64,000 nt of DNA from Lama glama (taxonomy: Eukaryota), in assembly GCA_028534125.1 (NCBI GenBank), contig CM052817.1, forward strand, positions 82,834,001-82,898,000, read 5' to 3'. The translations under genes were made by a program, and so were the position numbers. Under the pieces are notes generated by a model. That model ran no database searches and was not told the DNA's origin. It saw only the letters and a list, made by a program, of their open reading frames with translations. Below are positions 51,221 through 63,440 of the stretch, in pieces; position 1 is the stretch's first letter, and every line of letters starts with the position of its first letter.

Positions 51221-53603
51221 CTTTATCCTGCCAACAGAATTAAGGATGTTAGAGGAGCAGAAGAGGCACTTAAAAGTTTTTGCAAAATCTACAACAATAA
51301 AAGAAATGATAAAAAATAAATTAAGGGAAGCTTACAATTTCATCTTAAGTTCTGATGCATTCCTTTTGATTCAGTTTAGGATAGTGTTCTGTGTTTTTCT
51401 AGGAAGGAAAACTAGATATCCAGTTTCTTGTAGTAAAATCTCATATATTTTGATTTAGGAGCATCCTGATTTCAGAAACGATGATTAATCCTTCTTAGCT
51501 CATTCACATAATCTTTATTTACTCTCAGTAATTAAATGAAAATTCCTTTAAAAAGTCTTTGTTTAACTAACTCTTAAAGTTTATCCTTATAGCCTTACAG
51601 TCTTTAATCTTGACTCCATAATAATTTACGCAGCTACTGATCAATAATTACAATTAATAGGAAGTAAAATTACCTTTAAAATATCTCTTTACCAATTATT
51701 TTATATACTTTCATAGTAAAGAAAAATATTATTTCATGTCATTCATTCATGGGTTAGTTTTCCTAAATTTTGAAAATTATTTTTTAAAAAGCTGTCAAAA
51801 TATAGATATTAGTGGTATTATGAAAAAAATTAAAACTTAGGAAGATTTCATAATAATATTGTTCTTTCAAAAGTTTTTAGGCTCTATTATCTTACTACTT
51901 TCCCATACACTGGGCCTACATTTATTATAATAAAATTAGAATTTATTATTAATTAGAATAGAAAAACAAACCAAGTCATCTGGTGTGAGTTTCCCTTTTT
52001 AATTTGCACTCTCATGTCCATTTCAATAAAAGGTTGCTGAATAAAAACTCTAAAGTCAGTCACACTGTCATTTCTTCCAAAAAATATAAAGAGAGGAAGC
52101 ATAATCATTCTTTAAAGAACTAGCTATTGGTAGAAAGCTTTGTTTTAAGTTTCTGATGTGTTGTCAACATTTGGCTTTAATTACAAACTCTTTTAATGTG
52201 CTTTAGATTTTGAATTAACATTAAATATTGAACTCACGCTATGATTAGTTGGTTTACAACTTCCCAGGCTTAGGAAAATTTAAATAAAACTCCCTTTACA
52301 AAATAGATGAACACCATCCAAGAGATGCTTCTGATACACCATGGAAAGAGAAGTTTTCTTGAAGTTCTCTATAAACACAGGTGTAGTGCACTGAGGAAGA
52401 AGACCCTCCAGAAAATTCTATCCAACTTTTGATTAGCCTGCAACTAACCAGATGTTGCCAGGATAGAATCTCCAACTTCCTTTGCACACTCCTCTGGTTA
52501 ATAACAAAGCAGTTCTGAACTAGAAAGCCATGTGATGTCACATCCTAAATACATAATTTTTGCTAGTCCCGCCAGCTCTTCAGTAGCTTCATTAACGCTA
52601 GAGTAAATATAAACATTACATCGTTCCTAATGCAGTAAAAATATCCCAACCCCCAAAATCAATTCCAACTTTATAAGTACCTTACCTTGACTTTACTGTT
52701 AATTTTAATGACTTCTATAAAGAAACAAAGTGTCAACATTGTAAACTGTCACTGATTGTTACATAGTCATATTCTGGATTTCTGGTTCATCTATTTTGCT
52801 CCTATATTTGAAAATACACAGCAACACAGGTCGACACTTCTCTGCTTTCTGATGTCTTAAATGATAAACAGATCAGCTTGCTTGCACATAGCATGTCTCA
52901 CTTTAAACTGATGATGTGGCCAACCATCTGTTCCAAGGAAATGATCTTATAATAAGGCAGACTGCATGCAACATTTTTAAAAATGATGTTTCTTTCTTCT
53001 AACAATTAATATGATTTTTTTGATCAATCTTCCAGATGAAAAAAAGCTGAAATACAGTCCAACATTTCCTTCTCCATGTTAAATATAAAATACTTTACAT
53101 TTTACATTTTAACTTGTTTCAGTAATCCTGTCTAATTGGTTGAAAATAAGAACAGCCTCTTAGAAATACAGATCCATGTCATGGGACAGGAAGTCATTCT
53201 GGAAGAGATTTCCCCAGCAAACGTCAGAACACTCCCAAACATTGAGAGTAAGGCAGGTCTGGTAGGCGGTATTGATAGCATCCCCACCCGTGTCACACAT
53301 GGGGGAAATTACTCACTCTCTCGGTGCTTCAGGTTCTTTATCAACAAAGTAGGAGTACCCGCTCTATTAGTTTTATATTGCATAAAAAACTGCCACAGAC
53401 TTACAGGCTTAAGACAATACCCATTTTAGTACATTACCTGGCACCTATTATATGGTAAATAGAGATCGTTATTATTTCTATTATTATTGAAGGTTTATTT
53501 GGATTTAGGGACTGAAAAAGAAGTAAACATAGAATTAAGCAGTCACAGTGCTTAAGCGTGATTCATGTAATCAATGATGTGGTGTGAGATTTATTTTCTA
53601 AAA

Positions 53604-53835
53604 CAGGGGTTTGGAAACTTTTCCTCCAAAGGGCCAGATAGTATAGTAAATATTTTAGCCTTTGTAGGCCATATGGTCTTTATCTTAACTCCTTAACTTT
53701 TCTACAGTTGAAGCATGAAAGCAGCCTTAGTAAATACATAAATGAAAAGGGGTGGCTATGTTCCAACAAAACTTTATTTACAAAAACAGGCAGCAGACCA
53801 GATTTGGCCCTAGGGCTGTACTTTGACCATCCTTC
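53604..53835 (+). mobile_element. MER58A (hAT-Charlie) DNA transposon
   Basis: caggggtttggaaacttttcctccaaagggccagatagt...gttccaacaaaactttatttacaaaaacaggcagcagaccagatttggccc; 8-bp TSD ttctaaaa (53596-53603) / ttctgaaa (53836-53843). Confidence 0.9.
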
Positions 53836-54360
53836 TTCTGAAAGAAGGGATAATAGAGGAATGTCTTCACTAGTTTCTGATTTTATCTGTACTAATTAAT
53901 CTTCTATGGAAAAGCTATTATGTCGATACATCTTCACCAAATAACCAATTATCTGAAGCATGGGCTTTGTAATTCATGGTTCTATCATAATTAGTTTGGG
54001 GGAAATAGTTTTTGAGGAGAAAAAAAAAAGAACAGGAGAAGCTTAAAGATGTTAGTTTTTGCTCCTTTTTGCTGGCCAGAAATAAATTACTAAAATTCCA
54101 CTGAGGCATTTTTCCTTACCTAGAAGCTATAGATTAAAAGTTGTCTTATATATTTCTTCCTAAGGTGTTGTGACAATGAGTCACTGGGACTGTTTGACAG
54201 GTTAAGAAGAACAAAATTACACCAAATACAGAACCAAAGTCATGCTCTCATTCTATGTTAGAATCCTCTTCACACACACACACACAATGTTCTGTGGTTT
54301 CCAGGCATTTTTCTTTGAGTTCTCTTGTTGGCTATAAAATCTGATTTGATGATGTTGTTC

Positions 54361-55441
54361 AAAATCAAAACAAAACTACCTATGGAATGGGAGAAAATAT
54401 TTGCAAATGATGCAACTGAAAAAGGCTCAATTTCTAGAATTTATAAACAGCTCACACAACTTAATGACAACAACAACAAAAAACAAACAACCCAATCCAA
54501 AAATAGGCAGAAGATCTAAACAAGTAATTCTCCAGTGAAGACATACAAATGGCCAATAGGCACATGAAAAAAGGTTAATGTAACTAATTATCAGAGAAAT
54601 GCAAATCAAAATTACAATGATGTATCACCTCACACTGGTCAGAACGGCCATCATTCAAAAGTCCACAAATGATAAATGCTGGTGAGGGTGTGGAGAAAAT
54701 GGAACCCTCCAACACTGCTGGTGGGAATGTAGTTTGGTGCAGCCACTATGGAAAACAGTACAGAGATTCCTCAAAAAACTAAAAACAGAGTTAAAGCCAT
54801 AGGATCCAGCAATTCCACTCCTGGGCATATATCCAGAGGAAACTCTAATTTTAAAAGATACATGCGCCCCAATGTTCATAGCAGCACTATATACAATAGC
54901 CAAGATACGGAAGCAACCTAAATGTCCATCAACAGAAGACTGGACAAAGAAGCTGTGGTATATTTATGCAATAAATCCTACTGAATACTACTCAGCCATA
55001 AAAAGGAATAAAATAATGCATTTGCAACAACATTTGCATGGACCTAGAGACTGTCAAGTGAAGTAAGCCAGACAGACAAAGAAAAATACCATATGATATC
55101 ACTCATATGTAGAATCTAAAAAAAAAGAAAAAAGTAGACACTAATGACCTTATCCACAAAACAGAAACAGACTCAGAGACATAGTAAACTTATGGTTACT
55201 GGGGGGAAAGGGACAAATTGGGAGCTCAAGATTTGCAAATATTAGCTACTATACACAAAATAGATAAACACATTTCTTCTGTATAGCATAGAGAACTATA
55301 TTCAATATCTTGTAGTAATCTATAATGAAAAAGAATATGAAAACGAATATATGTATGTATATGTATGACTGAAACATTTTATGATGTACACCAGAAGTTG
55401 ACATATTGTACACTGAGTATACTTCGATAAAAAACAAAAAA
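54361..55441 (+). mobile_element. 5'-truncated young L1 (cetartiodactyl, camelid-like): ORF2 C-terminus and 3' UTR
   Basis: Frames give EWEKIFANDATEKGSISRIYKQL and [32 protein letters not shown]; the 3' UTR reads gaatatgaaaacgaatatatgtatgtatatgtatgactgaaacatt...ccagaagttgacatattgta and ends in an A-rich tail. Confidence 0.95.
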
Positions 55442-55548
55442 TTTATTGCTAAAGAATGCTATCATCTGACAATACATGGTGGCCACAAAGGTTCAATTTG
55501 TAAAAAACACAATATCTTCAAAACACAATAAAAAGCCATATGCTTGTA
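55442..55548 (+). mobile_element. 3' end of a Tigger1-derived MITE (Tigger1a_Art-like)
   Basis: tttattgctaaagaatgctatcatctgacaatacatggtggccacaaaggttcaatttgtaaaaaacacaatatct...caataaaaagccatatgcttgta; terminal TIR-like end plus TA. Confidence 0.75.
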
Positions 55549-57344
55549 TAAAAAGCAAAACAAAACAAATTAGTCAACCAGAGATAGAATCACTTCAATT
55601 TGTCTTATGCAGTTTATATTGACATTGATGTATGTATTTACTTCTTTTATACATTTGATTTGACTAATTGAAACTATCTGATTAGGGTTTTTCCCCCTGC
55701 TTCTTTCTTAGCATTTAGCAAAGTCCAAGGCAGAGTGGGGATAATAAAAAATTAAGTGAACATTAAACTTAGTTTTGTCAGATGTTTGCAATAGTTGAGT
55801 CTGTGTTTGGAGTATAGGAAAACTGGGGCTAAATTCCATCATGTTTAAAATTACTAAAAACAGTATATTAGTTTGTTCTGAAGGAATGTGTAATTTTAAT
55901 TGGAAGGGCATTAAAAGTAGTACACTCTCCTAGGAATCCTTATGTGTTCATTTAATTGTAGAAAAAAGGGACTTTATTGACAAGTTCTGGATTTTTTTTT
56001 TTACAATAGTTATGTTGATTGGTACATGAACTGTTGAAATATAATTATAAACATTTTAATCATGGACACAACAGATTTTTATTTACATTCTTTACTTATT
56101 TTAAAACAGTTACTCTCACAATAGCTTATTTAATTAAAATGTTCTTCTGTTAATCATACATAAAACAGCAGTGCCCTAAGCATCTCAGGCCTCAAAATGG
56201 GCTTTGGAGAAAATACTACAAAAATGATAGTGAGGAATGAAAAGTCACCCCTAAGAAGTGAGCCTTAGTAGGTAAAAATCAAAGGTCTATTTTTATTAAT
56301 TTTTCTAAAAAACAGAAGAAAGGGTACATGGACAATGGCACTGTAAGAGACCAGGGATCGGGGTAGGGGAAAGAAAGGGAAGACCTAGACCAGTTAACAA
56401 GCTAAGCTACTTGCTTTATAAAAGTTTTAGGCATGATTCCTCTACTCCTGTTTTTTAACCTCTGACACAAATAAAATGCATCACATGCAATCCCTCTGGC
56501 CCTTTAGCCACATATCCAAAAGCTGTAGTGATACTTTGAAAACTGATATGGAGTGTCCTATGCTACCCACCAACTTGAAAGGACTGGCCTTTCAAAATGT
56601 TTGCTTTTATTCTAAGCTAAAAATAATAAAATAATGGGCTAAGCACAGTTTCAAATTGAACGGAACCATCAGGAGACTGCTTCAAATTAAACATGAGCCG
56701 CTCCAAATGCAGCCAGCATGAGGAGATAAGAGTTCACGCACCTCTGAGAGAGCCTTCACACACAACAAACCCCTTCTTGTTTACATGCCTATTAGGAGTT
56801 CCCAGCAGCTGAAATTATTTCACTCAATTTGATTCCATCCTCATTCTCCATGGCTCATTTACCAATCCCTATACAGGGCTATTTATGTTCCTTGGGAGAA
56901 AGTGAAGGTGAATATTGTATTTAGAAAGGCAAAAAGCAGACAAAAAGGATTTTAACAATTGCTGCTACAATTTAGATTTCACAATTCCCCCAAGACTATC
57001 CTCTCTATCTGAAATTAAGCGCACTTGAGTTCCTTATTTCAAAGTCCCAATGACCAGCGTCAAATTGGATCGAGGACAATGCTTCAAACAGGGCAAAGGA
57101 GCCAGATTCCCAGGTCTGAGGTTCTATTATCATAAGTGAGGCCAGTTAAGAGTTTTGCCAGTTATATATGATAAGAATATTTAGCTTATTTAGTACTGTT
57201 TCCTACTTTTATAACCCAGTCTTTGCTTATTTGTTCACTACTTGCACAATCTTAGTGGTTTGGATGAAGAATTTGCTTTATTATTAAAGCATAACTTATC
57301 ATAATAAGTAAATGTAGTTAAATAAATAGCTACTTTTGGCAAAA

Positions 57345-57550
57345 CTAATATATACTGTTAAAAATGAGAGTAGCATATAAACTTTGGGGTGAGTAGTACC
57401 TGAAAGAGAATATCGGGGAGATTTCAGAGACCTCTGAGGACTCGAACACAGTGCTGACATCAGGGGTGTATTCTAATAGAATGTATCATTTTGGACACTT
57501 GGATTTGTGCACATTTTGCGTTTGTTTTACCTTAGTAAAAACTTTACTTA
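57345..57550 (+). mobile_element. L1ME-like 3' terminal fragment
   Basis: aaaactaatatatactgttaaaaatgagagtag...ggacacttggatttgtgcacattttgcg...ccttagtaaaa. Confidence 0.55.
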
Positions 57551-59214
57551 AAAATCAATAAATCATTTTGATTTATGTCAAAACATGTTATACAATGTGC
57601 TAGAGAATGAAAAGTAAAACTCTGTATGTTATGCCATCTGTAGTCCACTGTCAAATTCTGATGGTGACAGAAGACACACCTATTTCCTCATTAAAGTCCT
57701 TCCAATAGTTTGCCTTTAAGCAGGATGTAGGCTTTTGGATTAACATAGAGTAATTGAAGAATTACTCTTTGTTCTTGTTTTTAAAAATGAGAAATGAATA
57801 CTAATAGGATACTACAAATAAACCAAGCTGTTTATATATAACATATACAATATGTTCATATAGTAAAATGTTATTTATTTTAAATATATATAACATGTTT
57901 ATATATAACATACATATAAACATATGTATGCAATGTTAACATATATACCGTTTCTCAAACACACATACATACACCTAAACACACATATACACACATTACT
58001 CCAGGTATAGACAAGTCCCTGTAACTGGTTTTGCATGTATATTTTTGATGTAGCATAGTACATCTCATAAATGTATCATATCTATGTTAGGGACTATAAC
58101 TTCTCAAAATAAAGTTACCTATCTGTCTCAATTAAAGCTAACAACCTTCAGTTTTGCTTAACTTCCACTCAGTCATTTGGGCTTAGTTAGAAATGGAGGT
58201 ATTAAACAGAGCAGGATCAGACATAACACTGAAGTCATCACTGAACTGGGACAGTGATGAGAGACAGTTGATGTACAGAAGGCTCTTAAAACGAACTTTC
58301 TATAAATGTCAAGGAAATATGCCAAAACATACAACTTTCCTCCCAGAAAAATGATACTTATAGAAATGTAATGATTTGCAAAGAATGTTTAACTCCTATA
58401 TAATAAGAAGCAGCTATAAATGTGATATAATTATAATTGTGAATGCTGTGTATCCCTATATTCTACTAAATTTCTATAACATGTAAAATTTCTTTAAAAG
58501 ATGGCATAAAATTGTTCAGATCTTGTAATTCATTCTTTTCTGATATATGATAAAAAGAAATTTGTAAAACATGGTTTGCTAAATGAAACAAATGCTTGAA
58601 TTTAAAATGAAAAATGCTTGCTTTATTACTTTATATTGCTGAATGTGGAATATCCAGAATCATTGTGACAAAAAATGCTATAAATGTACTAGTTAATTTA
58701 ATACACTGATTCATTTAACATGAGAATGAAATATAATGAAACCATCATGGAAGGAAGTGTGAATGAAAAGTGAAATTACGGCTCTAAAATTTTATATATT
58801 TAACTTGGAAAAAAAGGCAAACTATATTAACCCAACTTTTAACAAAGAGTGCTGTTGTACTAAATAAATGCTCTACAGTAGAATATTTCTTCTAAAATTT
58901 TCATTCATGTTGAAGGTTAACTTGATGCTTTCATGACAGTAAGCCTATGCATCCATTAAAATCTCCAATATTTACTGAGAAAAATTCTAGGCTACCCAAA
59001 AGAAAGAAGCCCAGTATTGTCCAAAATAGAAAAACTATCTCTACATTTTGATTGTTAGGTAAAAATGCATGCAACAATAGGGGCAGGAAGTAATAAATAT
59101 TTACAACTACTGAGTGAGTAAAACTCAGTAGATGATGTGTTTTAAATCAATCTATCAGGATGGTATGAATTGAATCATAATGTAAATAAAACACCAAATA
59201 AACTTAAAAGTAAA

Positions 59215-59450
59215 ATCATGTATTGAATGCTCACAACTTGTCAGGACCATGCTGGTCATGCTGCAGGCATCACAATTTGTCCTCACAATGAACCATGAGT
59301 TTAGCACTGTTATTTTTCCCATATTCTACATGAGAAAACTGAGGGTTAGAAAGATTAGGTATTTCACTCATGTTTACAAAGGCAGAAATTTTTAGTGTCT
59401 GGCCTTGAACCCAGGCAGTCTAACTTTACAGCTTTTGCTTTGAACTCTAT
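59215..59450 (-). mobile_element. MIR SINE
   Basis: tgtattgaatgctcacaacttgtcagg...cctcacaatgaaccatgag...catgagaaaactgagggttagaaagattagg...ttgaacccaggcagtctaacttta. Confidence 0.8.
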
Positions 59451-59906
59451 TTCAAGATGTATTCAGACTTTGCTATGACAAGATCAAGTATTCTTTAAAC
59501 TATCTGACTGTATTTACACACTTAGCAATAGAAATGCTCTAGAACAATTTTGTCTGATTTTATGTTTTTGGTCAAATAAATATTTAATCATAAAGGAATC
59601 TGGATATATAGAATTCAACAGCTGTCTTGTATAAACTGTGTAAAACACAACAAAATACTTTATTTAATATCAATAATTAAAAGTACACAGTTCCCAGCTT
59701 TTAATTTTGTAGGGAGAAAATAACAAAGATATTTAAAAAACCAAACTTATCTAATGATTCCATGAGAAATAATTTAAAGAGAAAAACAACAATGACAATA
59801 ATATGTGGAAGAAATTTCTTCTTAAAAAATATGATTTGCCCCAAAATATGATGATATTCCCCCAAAATGGGCAGAAGACCTAAATAGACATTTCTCCATA
59901 CCCTCT

Positions 59907-60265
59907 CAAGGTGTTATCAAGGTTGGTTTCTTCTGAAGGCTCTGAGGGAAGGATCTATTCCAGGACTCTCTCCTTGGCTTATAGACTATCTTCTTTCTGT
60001 GCCTCTTCACATATTCCCTCTGTGAGATCTGTGTGTCCAAACTCGCCCCTTTATGAGGGCACCAGTCATATTGGAATAAGGCTCATCCTAATGACCTCAC
60101 TTTAGCTTCATTACCTCTTTAAAGACACTTTCTCCAAATAATGTTACATTTTATATTTTAATAAAAATATATTAAAAAAAGATTTTAAAAGGTCACATGT
60201 TGAGTTACTGGAGGTTAGAACTTTGACATGTGAATTCTGAGGGAACACCTTTTGACCCCTGACAC
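59907..60265 (-). mobile_element. Truncated MaLR LTR (MLT1A/B/C-like)
   Basis: caaggtgttatcaaggttggtttcttctgaaggctctgagggaaggatct...accagtcatattggaataaggctcatcctaatgacctcac...gggaacaccttttgacccctgaca; the usual tgtattagt... end is missing. Confidence 0.85.
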
Positions 60266-61209
60266 TAGCTAATCATCTAACAATTGAAAGGAAACTTTTG
60301 TATAAGAAAGTTTTAAATGCTAATGCAAAAAGAGTAAAACTCTCTGCTTGCAATTATTTTGAGTTTATTGTAAGTACAAAGATTGCTGGCAACATTTTTT
60401 ATAAGGCGTTCTGCTCCCCCGCCCTGCCATTTTGAACTGTCTCTGAAACCTTGGCCTCATCTGCTTTCCAGGAATGGAGTTCTAGCAGATCTTCCCCCTC
60501 TAGGTACGCTCTACATTTTTTTCTGAGATGTGCTCTGGGCAAGTAGGCAGTATTTATAGACTCAAATTTTCATGTCAAGTATAACCTGCATCAGACACCA
60601 GTACCAAAAAGAAGCCATGGAATTTGTATACTCCTATCACAGGATTAAAAATTTCTCTTTGCTTCTATTGCTTGGTAATATATGGTTTTCATGCCAATAT
60701 TACAATAATATAAAGTAAAAGTACTATAACATCAAAACCAACATTGTCTAGCTAAGATTTAATAGAATCTAACATTTTATGTACATCATGTGCCATTAGT
60801 TTGGAAGATAGCCATTAATTTTGTAAATTTTGTTGTCAACGATTTAAAAAATTTTCAAATAGTTCCTAAATTCACATCAATCTAATGAACATTAATGATA
60901 AAATATGTATTTTGCTTTGTCTGAAATAAAGTGTGGTGGTTTTGTCTCTCCTACTCTACTTCCTGCTGCATATTAGTCTAGTCCAATATTATAATTTCTA
61001 TTGTTCTTGTGTAATGAGTACATTAAAACACATGCTTTGTTTTTGCTGTGAATATTTTGTTTTTTGACTACTTAATAATTCATCTCTTTGCACAAATGAC
61101 AACACTCCTGCTTTCTTTGAAAAACAATTTATCCCATTCTCATTCCATATTGTTCTAGATAATCTCACCCATTCATATGGTTTTAAGGCTTTGGTCAGAT
61201 TATTCTATA

Positions 61210-61600
61210 GTATTTAAGTCAGGAATGAGCACAGGGTTCAAGCCAGTTCAATGATACCTAATCCTAGATTTTTTTTTTCCTGGAAGTTTTAGAGAAAAGA
61301 AATGTTCTCCTTCTGCTGAGGTTACTACTTTATAGGACAATAAACCTTGAGGTAACTGTAGCCAACATGGGGAGAAATTCTGTCTGAAAATCAAGCCAAC
61401 ATAACAAAAGTAGACTAGGGATATAAATATAGGGCGACTAAATTTTCAGAATGTTCTTAGAGTACATGGAATTAGCCATGCTTTTGGTTTGTCTTATTGC
61501 TGGAATTTTCACTTGTAGAAACCAATAAATTTACTTAAAATTGTTTCTTGCCCTTAATGAATTTAGTATTTAATGTTGGTTCTTTGTGGTCACACTATAT
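61210..61600 (+). mobile_element. Old MaLR LTR (MLT1K/L-like)
   Basis: gccaacatggggagaaattctgtctgaaaatcaagccaacataacaaaag...ttttcacttgtagaaaccaataaatt. Confidence 0.6.
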
Positions 61601-61829
61601 TTATTTTTTAATTGTTTATTTTTATTTGTTTTCCAAAGAAATGAAATGTATATTTGTACAACTTTTGGGGGAAGTCTATTGGATGATTTTTTTTTTGACG
61701 TTTTTTACTAGAGCCTGTTCTCTTTGGAGATACTCATGAGGGTTTTTGATGAAAATCTTAGATAAGAGCTTATTTCTAAGGCTGTGACAATTCAGTAGTA
61801 AATAAAACAAACAAGAAACTTATGTCCTG

Positions 61830-62290
61830 ATCAATAAAACAGATAACAAATAAATATACATAATTAACCTCTGGTAGTAAGAATTCACATGAAGAAAACA
61901 GGATATGACAATATTCTGGAAACAGACTTCATATCTGAAGGTCACGAGAACACTCTGTGGAAAGGTGACAGACCTGAAGAAGGAGACGGCCATGGAAATA
62001 TCCAAGCAAGGAGTTTCTCAGGTCAAAGGAATAGCTGGTGCAATGGTGCCAGACAAGACATGTTGATGCGACAAGGAGACCAACACCTCTGAAGATTAGA
62101 GAGTAAGTTTACGAGACAAGCTACACAAAGCGAGGAGCTGGGCTTTCATTCTCTAAGTTATACGAGGAGTCACCTGAGTGCTTTACGTAGCAGAATGGCA
62201 TGACCTAAATTTTACAAAGATCCTTCTACGTGGAGAATATTAGAAGGGGAGCAAGAGGAGAAACAGGGAGACTAGACAGTAGGTTATGAG
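61830..62290 (-). mobile_element. L2 fragment
   Basis: ggaaaggtgacagacctgaagaaggagacggccatggaaatatccaagcaaggagtttctcaggtcaaaggaatagctggtgcaatgg...gcaagaggagaaacagggagactag. Confidence 0.75.
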
Positions 62291-62589
62291 TTTCATACTT
62301 CTTCCTTCTTTCATTTAGTGCTCCTGTCCTGTCTTTTTTTATTTCCATCTTTTCAGAAAAAAAAAGTAAAAGAAAACTCTCAAAAAAAGAAAATCCTCTC
62401 AAACGATATATAAGTTTCTGAAAACAGAAATCTCAATGTTTAATTTCTTATACTTAAGGCCTAGCAAGTTACCTGGTACATAATTGATGTTTAATAGCTA
62501 ATTTTAAATGGTGAAGTCAAGTTGAAACATGAGTCATAACGTACGAGTTTAGTTAAAAAAAATCTGCTACAATTTCAGAATCTATCATC

Positions 62590-63440
62590 ATTTCTATTGT
62601 AGCTTTAGTCTCTATTTCATTTATTTCTTCTCTGATCTTTATTATTTATTTCCTTCTATTAACTTTGAGTTTTGTTTCTTCTTTTTCTAGTGCCATTAGG
62701 TGTAATTTTAGGTTGTTTATTTGAGATTTTTCTTGTATCCTGTATTGCTTTTGCAGGTGCTTTTGCTGCATCTCAAAGATTTGCATTGTGTGTTTACATT
62801 TTAATTTGTCTCCAGGTGTTTTTTTGAAATTTCTTCTTTGATTTCATTAGTGGTTTTTTTTAGCATATTGTTTCACCTCCACGTTTGTGGTTTTTGCAGT
62901 TTTCTTCCTTGCAGTTTACTTCTAGTCAGACCTTTGTGCTCAGAGAAGATGCTTAATGTAATTTCAGCCTTATTCTTAAGTTTATCGAGACTTTTTTGTG
63001 GTCTGGCACGCAATCTATCCTGAATAATGTTCAACATGTACTTGAAAACAATGTGTATTCTGTTGCTTTTGGATGGAAGGTTCTATATATATCTATTAAG
63101 GTCCTAAAGTGTCATTTTTAAGACCAATATTTTCTAACAGATTTTCTGTCTGGATGATCTGTCCACTGATGTAAGTGGGGTGTTAAAGTCCCTTACTAGT
63201 ATTGTTTTGTTGTCAATTTCTTCCTTTATGCGTGTTAACATCTGCTGTACATATTTATGTGCCCCTATGTTAGGTGTATATATATTTACAATTGTTACCT
63301 CTTATTGTTGGATTGATCCCTTTATCATTATGGGATGTCTTTCTTTGTCTCTTGTTACAGTCTTTGTTTTAAAGTATTCTTTGTCTAAGTATAGCTACTG
63401 CAGATATCTTTTTGTACCATTTGCAAAGAATACATTTCTT
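62590..63440 (-). mobile_element. L1 (L1MA/L1_Art-like) ORF2 endonuclease-region fragment
   Basis: ctctatttcatttatttcttctctgatctttattattt...aatgtgtattctgttgcttttggatggaa...ggatgatctgtccactgatgtaagtggggtgttaaagtccc. Confidence 0.9.

Noticed and set aside
54325..55066. ORFs with L1 ORF2 peptides
   Set aside because: Frameshifted pieces of a 5'-truncated L1, not a functional gene.
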